DNA from: SAR202 cluster bacterium bin16
Lineage (GTDB): Bacteria; Chloroflexota; Dehalococcoidia; Lucifugimonadales; Australimonadaceae
Direction of reading: 5' to 3'
Assembly: GCA_002238425.1 (NCBI GenBank)
Contig: MPMJ01000010.1
Coordinates: forward strand, 4,491 to 68,490
Length of the DNA: 64,000 bases
Shown here: positions 47,759-57,186 of the stretch, in pieces
Layout of the letters: every line of letters begins with the position of its first letter
How positions within the stretch are numbered: position 1 is the first letter of the stretch
The notes under the pieces: model-generated
What the model saw: the letters and a program-made list of their open reading frames with translations, nothing else
Told to the model about the DNA's origin: nothing
Databases searched by the model: none
Made by a program: the position numbers and the translations under genes

Positions 47759-49159
47759 ATGGCGAATCTCATCACGGCACGCGGGGACCGGTCTCTTCGA
47801 TCGCTCATCGACACCGAAGGCGGGACGGTGAGCCGGGAGTTGTACGTCAACGAGGACATCTTCGAGCAGGAACAAGAGCAGATATTCGGCCGGTGCTGGC
47901 TGTTCCTGGGCCATGAGAGCCAGGTGCCGAATCCAGGCGACTTCATGGTGACGCGTATGGGCACAGAGGAAGTGCTGGTGGTGCGTGGCCGCAAGGACAA
48001 CCAGATTCGCGCCTTCCTCAACTCGTGCGCGCACCGGGGCATGAAGGTCTGCCGCTACGACCAGGGCAACGCTCTCGTGTTCACCTGCCCGTTCCACGCT
48101 TGGACCTACGACTGCAACGGCGCCCTGGTGGGAGCAGCCTACCAGTACGCTCCCTACGCTTACGACGGTGGCATCGACAGGGAGCAGTGGGGGCTGACGC
48201 CGGTGGCGCAGTTCAAGAACTACTACGGCTCACTGTGGGCAACCTGGGACCCGAAGGCCCCCTCGTTCGAGGACTACGTCGGGCCTTTCGCCGAGGGGAT
48301 CCGGTACGACTGCGAGGCGAGCGACGGAGAAGAGGCCGGCATCGAGGTCTTCAGGCCATTTCAGAAGTGGCGCCTGCCAACGAACTGGAAGGTGCCTGCG
48401 TTCTCCTCATCGACCGACCTGACGCACGCAGCGATGACCCATCGCTCGGTGAATGCAGCGGCCATAGGACCCGACCGCGGGACCATGTCCGGGGGCGAAC
48501 GCCACAAGAGGCGCGCTCCCTTCCCTGCAGACCGGTTTGCTGCCGGCGACCACAATCTCGGCCACGGCGGCAACTGGACCGTGTATCAGCAGCCCGGCGT
48601 GCCTGAGTACGTGGACACCTGGTTCGAGGCCGGTGTCGACGACTACTTCCGCGAGGCTCGCGACCGCAAGGCAGCGAAGTACGCCGACCGGATACTCCCT
48701 CCCCACGGCCACGAGGGCGGGCACTTCTGCGTGTTCCCCAACTTCATCATGGACAGCTGGCGCTGGCGCTGGTGGCACCCACACACCGTTGGAGTCGTCG
48801 AGCGGTGGAGCCTGTTCGGTGTCGACAAGAACGCGCCCAAACACGTGAAGGACGCCGTTCGCCACTACGTGATGCGGTACAACGGGCCGACCGGGGCCAC
48901 CGAGTCGGACGACATGGAGAACTGGAACTACGTCTACGCCGCCAGCCAGGGGGCCAGGGCTCGCAAGCGCAACTACTTCTTCGCCAATGGCCTGGGGCGC
49001 GGGATCGAGAGCGACCAGCACCCCGGTGTCGTGTTCAACGGTTCGCACACCGAGGAGGCGCACCGCGCGCGCTTCAGCAGATGGCTCGCCTTCATGGAGG
49101 CCTCCAGCTGGGACGACCTCTACCCGATAAACCGAGCGAAGTCGCACCGGATCTGGTAG
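47759..49159 (+). CDS. aromatic ring-hydroxylating oxygenase, alpha subunit (Rieske)
   Basis: 466 aa with CAHRGMKV...CPFHAWTY. Confidence 0.9.
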   Translation: MANLITARGDRSLRSLIDTEGGTVSRELYVNEDIFEQEQEQIFGRCWLFLGHESQVPNPGDFMVTRMGTEEVLVVRGRKDNQIRAFLNSCAHRGMKVCRYDQGNALVFTCPFHAWTYDCNGALVGAAYQYAPYAYDGGIDREQWGLTPVAQFKNYYGSLWATWDPKAPSFEDYVGPFAEGIRYDCEASDGEEAGIEVFRPFQKWRLPTNWKVPAFSSSTDLTHAAMTHRSVNAAAIGPDRGTMSGGERHKRRAPFPADRFAAGDHNLGHGGNWTVYQQPGVPEYVDTWFEAGVDDYFREARDRKAAKYADRILPPHGHEGGHFCVFPNFIMDSWRWRWWHPHTVGVVERWSLFGVDKNAPKHVKDAVRHYVMRYNGPTGATESDDMENWNYVYAASQGARARKRNYFFANGLGRGIESDQHPGVVFNGSHTEEAHRARFSRWLAFMEASSWDDLYPINRAKSHRIW

Positions 49160-49207
49160 GAGCGCAACCGGGGGAACCGGGGCAGGCAGCACGAAGGGAG
49201 TCATGGG

Positions 49208-49753
49208 ATGACGGAACGCGCCAACGCGGCTCTGGAGGGGATGGACCGGGTCGTCCTGCTGAAAGACATCGAACAGTTCCTCTACTGGGAAGCACTTCTC
49301 CTGGATGAGCGCAGGCTCAACGAATGGCTCGACCTACTGGCAGAGGACATCCATTACTGGATGCCCATCCGCAGGAACATCAAGTTCGGCGACTGGGACC
49401 TGGAGTACAGCGACCCGGAATCGGAGATCTCCTACTTCGACGAGGGGAAGGACATCCTGACCGGCCGCGTCCGGCAGATCAACTCAGGTGTGCACTGGGC
49501 GGAAGAGCCAGTCTCCCGGTTCTCGCACCTTATCTCCAATATCCTGCTGCTTGAAGTGAACGGTGATGAGGTCAGGGTGAGCAGTAAGTTCTTCTGCTAC
49601 CAGAACCGCCTGCAGGACGAGGTGAACCTGTTCGTTGGCAGGCGGTACGACACGCTCCGGCGGGACCCTGACACGGTGTTCAAGATCGTCAAGCGCGATG
49701 TCATCCTGGACCAGAACGTGCTCCTCCCGAAGGTGGTCAACACCTTCTTCTAG
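49208..49753 (+). CDS. aromatic ring-hydroxylating oxygenase, beta subunit (NTF2-like)
   Basis: 181 aa with IEQFLYWEALLLDERRLNEWLDLLAEDIHYWMP. A GAAGGGAG SD lies upstream. Confidence 0.85.
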   Translation: MTERANAALEGMDRVVLLKDIEQFLYWEALLLDERRLNEWLDLLAEDIHYWMPIRRNIKFGDWDLEYSDPESEISYFDEGKDILTGRVRQINSGVHWAEEPVSRFSHLISNILLLEVNGDEVRVSSKFFCYQNRLQDEVNLFVGRRYDTLRRDPDTVFKIVKRDVILDQNVLLPKVVNTFF

Positions 49754-49766
49754 GAGGAGCGTGCCG

Positions 49767-50090
49767 ATGCGCATCGAGTGGCGATACCGTAGCGACGAAG
49801 ACGCCCTCCTCACCGTCGACGAGGAGGGCACTACTGCGCTGCAAGTCTGGGAACTCGACAGGGCGCTGCTGTCCGATTTCCTCAACCTCATGACCAGCCT
49901 CGACGCCCACAGCAAGCGGAGCATCGTCGACGACGCCCAACGCGACCCCCAGGAGTGGGGCCAACTCGTGATCGCGCGATCCGATGATGGCGACGTGCTG
50001 AGGGTCGATCCCGAGCTCTACTGGGACCGCGTCGCGCACTGGTTCCGCTCGGAGGGCGGCGACCCCAATCCGTGGCGGTGGAGAACGTAG
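49767..50090 (+). CDS. hypothetical acidic protein, 107 aa, no Cys
   Basis: The ATG lies 8 nt after AGGAGGAG and 14 nt after the beta-subunit stop. GC3 is high. I recognise no family. Confidence 0.55.
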   Translation: MRIEWRYRSDEDALLTVDEEGTTALQVWELDRALLSDFLNLMTSLDAHSKRSIVDDAQRDPQEWGQLVIARSDDGDVLRVDPELYWDRVAHWFRSEGGDPNPWRWRT

Positions 50091-50176
50091 GCCTGCCGTT
50101 CGTTGACAGGCGGTTGGTGCAGTGGTTAAGTGCCGTTACAGTGCTGCAGGGCGTAGAGCGCGAGGGGAGGACCGCC

Positions 50177-51235
50177 ATGACCACCACGATTGCGAGTGCA
50201 GGTACGGAAGGGGCCGTCGACGAGCTGTTGATCTCCGCCGACTCCCACGTCATGGAGCCGGGCGACCTCTGGACAACGCGCGTGCCCAGGGCCATGCGCG
50301 ACCAGGCGCCTACATTCACAGACGCGGTATCCGACCAGTCCAAACCCGGTGGCTGGGACCCGACCGAGCGGCTGAAGGAGATGGCCGTCGACGGCGTCAG
50401 CCTCGAGGTGCTCTACGCCACGCGCGGGATGACGCTCTTCCGCCTGGAGGACGTGCCGCTGCAGGAGGCGTGCGTCCGCGCTTTCAACGACTGGCTGATC
50501 GAATACTGCGCAGTGAGCCCTGAGCGCCTGTTCGGCGTCGGCCTCATCTCGCTGTACGACATCGACAACGCGGTCGCCGAGCTGGAGCGCTGCCGGAACG
50601 CTGGGCTGCGAGGAGCGATGGTCTGGCAGAACCCGCCTGAGGACATGCCGTTCTCGTCGGACCGGTACGACCGCTTCTGGGCTGCGGCACAGGACCTCGG
50701 GATGCCCGTGAGCCTCCATATCCTCACCGGGCACGGCTACATGAAGAAGGCCCACCTCCGTCACGGCACGGAGCACTACCGCTCCAGCGTGAACCTGAAG
50801 ATCGCGGAAGTGATGGACAGCCTCTTCGACCTGATCTTCTACAAGGCGCTGGACCGGTTCCCCAACCTCAAGATCGTGATCGTGGAGAACGAGATAGGCT
50901 GGATACCGTTCGCGCTGCAGCAGTGGGGCTACTACCTGGGCCGGCACAGGGACCGGGAACCAGGCCCCGCGCCGGACAAGATGCCGAGCGACTACCTCGC
51001 CGACCAGATATACGCGACGTTCTTCAACGACGCCATCGGCACGCGATACCTGTCGAGCTGGGGCGCAGACGCCTGCATGTGGTCCAACGACTACCCGCAC
51101 GCGAACTCCACCTGGCCGAACTCGCGAAGAGTGATCGCGGAGCACCTGGGGCACCTGGATGCGGAAACACGCACGAAGGTCCTCAGCACCAACGTCTGCC
51201 GTCTGTACGACATAGCGATACCGGAAGCTCTCTAG
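50177..51235 (+). CDS. amidohydrolase_2 family protein (ACMSD-like hydrolase/decarboxylase)
   Basis: I trimmed the ORF to the ATG at 50177 after GAGGGGAGG. It has LLISADSHVMEPGDLW and ...WSNDYPH. Confidence 0.8.
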   Translation: MTTTIASAGTEGAVDELLISADSHVMEPGDLWTTRVPRAMRDQAPTFTDAVSDQSKPGGWDPTERLKEMAVDGVSLEVLYATRGMTLFRLEDVPLQEACVRAFNDWLIEYCAVSPERLFGVGLISLYDIDNAVAELERCRNAGLRGAMVWQNPPEDMPFSSDRYDRFWAAAQDLGMPVSLHILTGHGYMKKAHLRHGTEHYRSSVNLKIAEVMDSLFDLIFYKALDRFPNLKIVIVENEIGWIPFALQQWGYYLGRHRDREPGPAPDKMPSDYLADQIYATFFNDAIGTRYLSSWGADACMWSNDYPHANSTWPNSRRVIAEHLGHLDAETRTKVLSTNVCRLYDIAIPEAL

Positions 51236-51241
51236 GGGAGG

Positions 51242-52894
51242 ATGACGATGACTTACGACCTGTTGCTCAAGAACGGGCGGGTGGTGGACGGCTCTGGAGG
51301 GCCTTCCTACGAGGGTGACGTTGCCGTCGTAGACGGACGCATCGTGGAGACCGGCAGGCTCGGCTCGTCCGCGAAGCGGGTTATCGACGTGCAGGGGCAG
51401 GTCATCGCTCCCGGCTTCATCGACAACCACTGCCACTACGACGCGCAGGTGCTCTGGGACCCGCTGTGCACGTTCGCCTGCTACCACGGCGCAACGACCG
51501 TCATCAACGGGAACTGTTCGCTGGGACTCGCCCCGGCCCGGCCCGAGGAGCGCGCCGACCTCGTCTCCATGCTGTCCCGGGTCGAGGCCATACCTGTCGA
51601 GTCGCTGCAGGCCGGTGTCGAGTGGTCGTGGGAGTCGGTGCCGCAGTACCTGGAGACCATCGACCGCGAGCTCGGCGTGAACGTCGGCTCGCTCATCGGA
51701 TTCTCGGCCGTGAGGCGGCATGTGATGGGCGAGGCGGCCTACTCGGCAGTCGCGACTCCCGAGCAGATCGAACAGATGAAGGAGATTGTACGCGAGGGCA
51801 TCCGCGCGGGAGCGCTCGGGTTGTCCTCGGAGCGGAACCTGCGCCACATGGACCTCGAGAACCGCCTGCTGCCGGCGAATGCCGCGCCGCCCGACGAGTT
51901 CCTCGCCGTGGCAGAAGCGCTTGCGGAGGTCGGCGCCGGTTCCATCCAGTTCGGGGATTCAGAACGTATCGAGATGTCGGAGGGCCTGCTCTCGCGAACG
52001 GCGCGGGCGACGGGACGCCCCGTGATCTCCAGCCTTGCGGGACGCGCAGGCACAACCCGGAACGACGCCCGGATGTACGCGATGGTGTCGCCTTTCATGG
52101 AGAACACTGCGCGTTGGACGCTGCTCACCGTGGGCAGTTTCGACGGCTTCGCGCACTGGCTCCCCGTGATGAGCAGCTCGCCCGAGGAGAAGCGCGTGGC
52201 CTTCCAGGACCCCGCGGTGCGCGCCGGACTCAGGGCGGACGCCGATGCGCCGGACAAGCGGAACCCCGGCTCTCCCCAGGTGCGCTGGGACCTGTTGCAC
52301 GTGGCCAGGGTCGCCATGGACGAGCACCGGCCATTCGTGGAGCGGAGCGTGAACGACATCGCGCAAGAGCTCGAAAAGGACCCACTCGACACGTTTCTCG
52401 ACCTTGCGCTTGAGGAGGACCTCAAGACGCTCTTCTACTTCCGCTCCGACGTGAGCATATCGGCGATGGCGGAGGTGCTCTCTGACCCGTTCGTGCTGCC
52501 CGGACTCTCCGACGGCGGGGCGCACGTCACCCGCCGCTGCGACAGCCACTTCTCCACCTTCCTGCTGTCGTTCTGGGTGCGGGGACAGCAGGCGCTCTCC
52601 CTGGAAGAGGCCGTGCGGAAGCTCACCTTCATGGGCGCGAGCGCCTTCGGGTTGCACGACCGTGGCCTCATCAGGCCGGGGTTGGCCGGAGACCTGACGG
52701 TGTTCGACCCGGACACCATCGGTGCAGGCGAGCTGGAAGAGGTCGCGGACTACCCCGGAGACGCCGTGCGGATGCGCCGCCCCAGTGAAGGCGTCGCCTG
52801 CACCATCGTCAACGGCGAGGTGCTGATAGAGGCTGGCGAGCACACCGGGGCCCTGCCCGGCCGGCTCCTGCGCAGCAGCGCCTACGGTCGCTAG
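51242..52894 (+). CDS. D-aminoacylase family amidohydrolase (paralog of 301..2019)
   Basis: MTMTYDLLLKNGRVVDGSG...PGFIDNHCHYDAQ. The ATG at 51248 is an alternative start. Confidence 0.85.
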   Translation: MTMTYDLLLKNGRVVDGSGGPSYEGDVAVVDGRIVETGRLGSSAKRVIDVQGQVIAPGFIDNHCHYDAQVLWDPLCTFACYHGATTVINGNCSLGLAPARPEERADLVSMLSRVEAIPVESLQAGVEWSWESVPQYLETIDRELGVNVGSLIGFSAVRRHVMGEAAYSAVATPEQIEQMKEIVREGIRAGALGLSSERNLRHMDLENRLLPANAAPPDEFLAVAEALAEVGAGSIQFGDSERIEMSEGLLSRTARATGRPVISSLAGRAGTTRNDARMYAMVSPFMENTARWTLLTVGSFDGFAHWLPVMSSSPEEKRVAFQDPAVRAGLRADADAPDKRNPGSPQVRWDLLHVARVAMDEHRPFVERSVNDIAQELEKDPLDTFLDLALEEDLKTLFYFRSDVSISAMAEVLSDPFVLPGLSDGGAHVTRRCDSHFSTFLLSFWVRGQQALSLEEAVRKLTFMGASAFGLHDRGLIRPGLAGDLTVFDPDTIGAGELEEVADYPGDAVRMRRPSEGVACTIVNGEVLIEAGEHTGALPGRLLRSSAYGR

Positions 52895-52899
52895 GCGTA

Positions 52900-54171
52900 T
52901 CAGCCGCCCGTTGCCGTCTTGTCCGGCTTCCTGAGGGTCTCCTCCAGGAAGAACACCACGACGATGGCGGCAGCAAACGCGGTCGACGCAAGCAGCACAA
53001 ACGCCGCGCCGAAGCCGAACGCGCCCGACAGCAGGCCGAAGCTCATCGGACTGGCCGTCGAGCCTCCCTGCGCGACGAGTCGCGACATACCGAAGAAGAG
53101 TCCGCGCGCCTGCGGCGGCGCAACGTCCGTGCCGAGCGTCTGCATGTTGCCGGAGATGATGCTGATGGCAAGGTGCACAAACACGAAGCTCGCGATGAAC
53201 CAGGCCAGCGACAACCCCGCGAACGCAGTGACCGACACAGAAGCCATCGAAAGGCTCGTCAGTATCAGCCCCGGCACGATGGTGTACTTCCTTCCGAAGC
53301 GGTCCATCACGAATCCGGTCGAGAACAGGATGGGGACGGTCCCCACCGCCATCACGCTGCGCAGCACGCCCAGCTCCGCGGGATCCAGGCCATAGGCGTA
53401 GGACGGGTAGAGCAGGATCACGCCGCCCTCGAAGACAGCCCCTCGGGTGACGTTCGTCAGGAACTGGATCGAGAAGACGGTGGGAATGGGGTTCTTGAGC
53501 AGCAGCCCCCAACGTGGTCCTTTCATGGCCGCGTCGGCCGCACGCTTCGCCGCCGTAGCCGTCTCCTTAATCACGAAGTAGGTCGGGATGATGGAGAGGA
53601 GCGTGAGCACGGCGTGGATGAGGAAGGGCGACCACAGTCCCCAGGTAACCGCTGCGAACCCGCCGACGAGCGGGCCCGCAAGCGCGCCGACCTGCTGCAC
53701 GCCGAACATCTGCGTGACCTGCTTGCCTCGCTGCTGTACGGCCCCGGTATCGGCGATGACCGTGATGCGGCTCTGCATCCACATCTGCGTGCCGACCCCG
53801 GCGATGAACCGGTACACGAGCAACTCGTTGAACGAGCCTGAGTACGCGGCCTTGGCGATGAGGAGGGAAGACACCGCAACTATCAGCGGCCCCGCGAGCA
53901 GGATCCAGCGGCGGCCGATACGGTCGATGAGCATGCCCGTAGGGAGCGAGGCGACCAGCGTGCCGAGGAGATAGGAGACGAACACCCATGAGGCCTCGAC
54001 GATGCTGACCCCGTAGAGCTTGGTCAGCTCCGGCAGCACGGGCAGTCCGATGCCGTTCCCGAGTCCCAGCGCGATCGCCGGAACGTGGAGCCCCAGGATC
54101 AGGCGGAGTTGCGGATGAAGCTCCCTCCGGGCCGGCGTCTCGCTCTGGCTCCCCTCACCGTTCTGCCGCAT
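52900..54171 (-). CDS. MFS transporter
   Basis: 423 aa, 12 predicted helices, with the GMLIDRIGRR loop motif. Confidence 0.85.
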   Translation of the reverse strand: MRQNGEGSQSETPARRELHPQLRLILGLHVPAIALGLGNGIGLPVLPELTKLYGVSIVEASWVFVSYLLGTLVASLPTGMLIDRIGRRWILLAGPLIVAVSSLLIAKAAYSGSFNELLVYRFIAGVGTQMWMQSRITVIADTGAVQQRGKQVTQMFGVQQVGALAGPLVGGFAAVTWGLWSPFLIHAVLTLLSIIPTYFVIKETATAAKRAADAAMKGPRWGLLLKNPIPTVFSIQFLTNVTRGAVFEGGVILLYPSYAYGLDPAELGVLRSVMAVGTVPILFSTGFVMDRFGRKYTIVPGLILTSLSMASVSVTAFAGLSLAWFIASFVFVHLAISIISGNMQTLGTDVAPPQARGLFFGMSRLVAQGGSTASPMSFGLLSGAFGFGAAFVLLASTAFAAAIVVVFFLEETLRKPDKTATGG

Positions 54172-54274
54172 GGTGGGGATTGTACGCTGCCGTCGGCCTC
54201 TCGGTTTTCGCCGTCGACGAACGCCCCGGACTCGTCTAATCTCTGCTTGGCGCTATCCCAAGCCGAGGAAGAGC

Positions 54275-56314
54275 ATGAACACCAGGGTGCGACTGAGCAT
54301 CGACCGACAGGTGAGTTTCGCTGAGGGGTTTCCCTTCGGAGATACGGGGCCCTACGAACGCCTGACCGGGTCGGCGTTCTTCGAACTGGACCCCGACGAC
54401 CCCGCCAACGCGAACGTCGTCGACCTGGCGCTGGCGCCCCGCAACGCGAACGGCGCCGTCGAGTTCCGAGCAGACCTCGACATCCTGAAGCCCGTCGACC
54501 TTGCACGGGGCAACGGATGCCTGCTGTACGGCGTGAACAACCGGGGGAACAAGACGGTTGTGCGGGTATTTAACGACGCCCCGCCGGACAACGATCCCCT
54601 CACGCTCGCTGCCGCCGGCAACGGCTTTCTGATGCGGCAGGGCTACACTATCGTCTGGTCCGGCTGGCAGGGCGACCTCCTGGCGGGCGACGGCCTCCTC
54701 ACCATCGATCTGCCGGAGGCCCTGGAGAACGGTGCGCCGGTACGGGGGAAGGTGCGGCAGGAGTTCATCGCCGAACAGGAAGGCGTGCTCTGGATGCCGT
54801 TGAGCGGCGCGCCAACCATCCGTTCCTACCCCACGCTCGACCTCGATACGTCCCACGCAACGATGACCCTGCGCGAACATGAGCGCGACCCGCGTGTTCC
54901 TCTCCCGCCGGACGCCTGGGCCTTCGCTGAGGCGGAGATGGTCGACGGCGCATTGCAGGTGCGCCCGTCGTCGACGGCCTGCTACATGAAGGATGGTTTC
55001 AAACCCGGCTGGATCTACGAGCTGGTCTACGAAACGGAGGGCTCCCGCGTAATGGGGCTCGGCATCGTGAGCATCCGCGACCTCGTGTCGATGCTGCTCC
55101 ATGACGCCGTCGACGCAGATGGCGCGCCGAACCCGCTCGCGGGACACGAACGGGCGTACATGTATGGAGCGTCGCTGAGCGCGCGCGTCATCCGCCAGTT
55201 CATCTATGACGGGTACAACATGGACCCTGAGGGCCGGAGGGTCTTCGCCGCCGCCTACCCGCACGTCTCCGGCGCGGGCCGCCTGTTCACGAACGCCCGG
55301 TTCGCCCAGGTCGGGCGCTACCCGCGCCAGCACGAGGAGCACCAGTGGCCGTCGGAGCGTTACCCATTCGCTTACTCCGTCGCGCCGGACGCCTTCTCGG
55401 ACTCACTGGACTGCGTCATGAAACGCTCCGAGTCGGACCCCTTGGTCGTACACACGCACACGAACACCGAGTACTGGAACCGTCACGCGTCGCTCGGGCA
55501 CACGAACCCGAGGACAGGCGACGACATCGAATTCCCCGAAACGGTGCGTGTCTACTTCCTGGCGAGCGCGCAGCACATGGGCGCGAACCCACCGCCGGAG
55601 GACGTGTCGCAGCAGCGCCCCAACGTGATGAACAATGGCCCCCTGATGCGGGCAGTCCTCACGAGGATGCACCGCTGGGTGACCGAAGGCACACCGCCAC
55701 CGCCCAGCATCGTGCCCCGGCAGGCAGACGGTACGCTGGTCAGTCCCGAAGAAGCGCTTGCAGCGTTCCCGAAGGTGCCCGGCTTCCCCACTCCAGCGAG
55801 CCCCAGCCGTCTGCCGCTGTACGACTACGGGCCCGATTTCGACCGGGGGTTGGTCACCGAGCACCCGCCGCAGCCGGTGCCGGGCAAGAAATACACGGTG
55901 CAGATGCCGCTGGTGGACGAGGACGGCAATGACCTCGGCGGGCTGCGTTCGCCGGAGGTCATGGTCCCCGTCGGCACGCACACGGGCTGGAACCTGCGCA
56001 GGGCGGGCTTCGCCGAGGGCGACCTCGCCTCGCTGGCTGGCAGCTTCGTGCCCTTCGCCCGAACGCGCGCTGAGCGGGAGGCGAGCGGCGACCCTCGCCA
56101 CTCCATCGAAGAACGGTACGCGTCCCACGAGGACTACGTACGTCAGGTGGCCGAGGCTGCCAGGCAGTTGCAGGCTGCGAGGTTCCTGCTGGAAGAGGAC
56201 GCGGATCGCTACGTAGAAGCAGCGAAGAGCCGTGACCCGTTGAACGATGCGGTCCCGCTCGCCCCACTGGCGCTCGGCAAGGCAATGCCATCGCCGTCGG
56301 CAAGCGTTCGCTGA
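54275..56314 (+). CDS. uncharacterized large alpha/beta-hydrolase-domain-like protein
   Basis: I trimmed the ORF to the ATG at 54275 after GAGGAAGAG; 679 aa. The C-terminal GSFVPFARTRAEREASGDPRHSIEERY resembles a family I recall annotated as alpha/beta hydrolase domain. Function is unknown. Confidence 0.55.
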   Translation: MNTRVRLSIDRQVSFAEGFPFGDTGPYERLTGSAFFELDPDDPANANVVDLALAPRNANGAVEFRADLDILKPVDLARGNGCLLYGVNNRGNKTVVRVFNDAPPDNDPLTLAAAGNGFLMRQGYTIVWSGWQGDLLAGDGLLTIDLPEALENGAPVRGKVRQEFIAEQEGVLWMPLSGAPTIRSYPTLDLDTSHATMTLREHERDPRVPLPPDAWAFAEAEMVDGALQVRPSSTACYMKDGFKPGWIYELVYETEGSRVMGLGIVSIRDLVSMLLHDAVDADGAPNPLAGHERAYMYGASLSARVIRQFIYDGYNMDPEGRRVFAAAYPHVSGAGRLFTNARFAQVGRYPRQHEEHQWPSERYPFAYSVAPDAFSDSLDCVMKRSESDPLVVHTHTNTEYWNRHASLGHTNPRTGDDIEFPETVRVYFLASAQHMGANPPPEDVSQQRPNVMNNGPLMRAVLTRMHRWVTEGTPPPPSIVPRQADGTLVSPEEALAAFPKVPGFPTPASPSRLPLYDYGPDFDRGLVTEHPPQPVPGKKYTVQMPLVDEDGNDLGGLRSPEVMVPVGTHTGWNLRRAGFAEGDLASLAGSFVPFARTRAEREASGDPRHSIEERYASHEDYVRQVAEAARQLQAARFLLEEDADRYVEAAKSRDPLNDAVPLAPLALGKAMPSPSASVR

Positions 56315-56377
56315 GCGAGCATCGCGTCTACAACGGCCGCTCAGGGGCCTAGGGAGACCCGTTCCAGGTCGCAGCGG

Positions 56378-56406
56378 TTGTCGCCGCAGGTGACCCGCCC
56401 TATGAT
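56378..56406 (+). promoter_or_regulatory. sigma70-like promoter TTGTCG-17-TATGAT
   Basis: It lies 22 nt upstream of the ATG at 56428, with an AGGAGG SD between. Confidence 0.4.
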
Positions 56407-56427
56407 GCAGGCCGCAGGAGGTGTGGC

Positions 56428-57186
56428 ATGGCGCATCGCATCCTCTCGATCCACGCGGGATACGACGGCCCCAACGGGTTCGTGGACGGCTACGTCGGCA
56501 GACCGGCAGACAGGGGTCCGCACCCGGGACTTGTCGTTATCTCGGGCATGGGCGGGCTCAACTGGTTCCAGCGCGAGATCACGCGGACATTCGCCCGCGC
56601 CGGATTCGTCGCTCTCTCCCCTGACCTGTTCGATGGCGCGCTGCCAGAGGGCCGCGCCACGCAGTTGCACTACAAGAACTCGCTGGACGTGGAACGGACG
56701 GTTGAGAACCTGAGCGCCGGGGCCGACTTCCTGCGCTCATTGCCGTGGACACCGGACGACGCGCCGGTGGGCGTCGTGGGCTTCTGCCTCGGCGGCGGGC
56801 TCGTTCTGCTGGCGCTGGCGCGCACGAACACCTTCGGAGCGGGCGTGGTCTACTACCACAGCCTATTCCCCGATTCGGCGGAACTGGAGAACATCCGCGT
56901 GCCGATGATGTGCCACTACGGCACGAACGATCACACGACGCCCATCGCGGAGATCGAGGCTTTCCGCGCGGCCCTCGACCACTACGAGAAGCAGTACGAG
57001 CTGTTCATGTACGAGGGCTTGGGGCACTCGTTCCTGAACCCGAACCAGGACTCCTCGGCGCGGCGGGAGGCGGGCGCGGCGGAATCGCTGGAGCGGACGT
57101 TCGCCTTCTTCAGGAACCACCTGGGTGTTGCACCACCGGAGACAGCAGTAGCGGCCGAAGACGACGAGACACCGGAGAAGCCGTGA
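56428..57186 (+). CDS. dienelactone hydrolase family protein
   Basis: 252 aa with GFCLGGG (nucleophile elbow with Cys), and the fold order is typical of DLH. Confidence 0.85.
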   Translation: MAHRILSIHAGYDGPNGFVDGYVGRPADRGPHPGLVVISGMGGLNWFQREITRTFARAGFVALSPDLFDGALPEGRATQLHYKNSLDVERTVENLSAGADFLRSLPWTPDDAPVGVVGFCLGGGLVLLALARTNTFGAGVVYYHSLFPDSAELENIRVPMMCHYGTNDHTTPIAEIEAFRAALDHYEKQYELFMYEGLGHSFLNPNQDSSARREAGAAESLERTFAFFRNHLGVAPPETAVAAEDDETPEKP

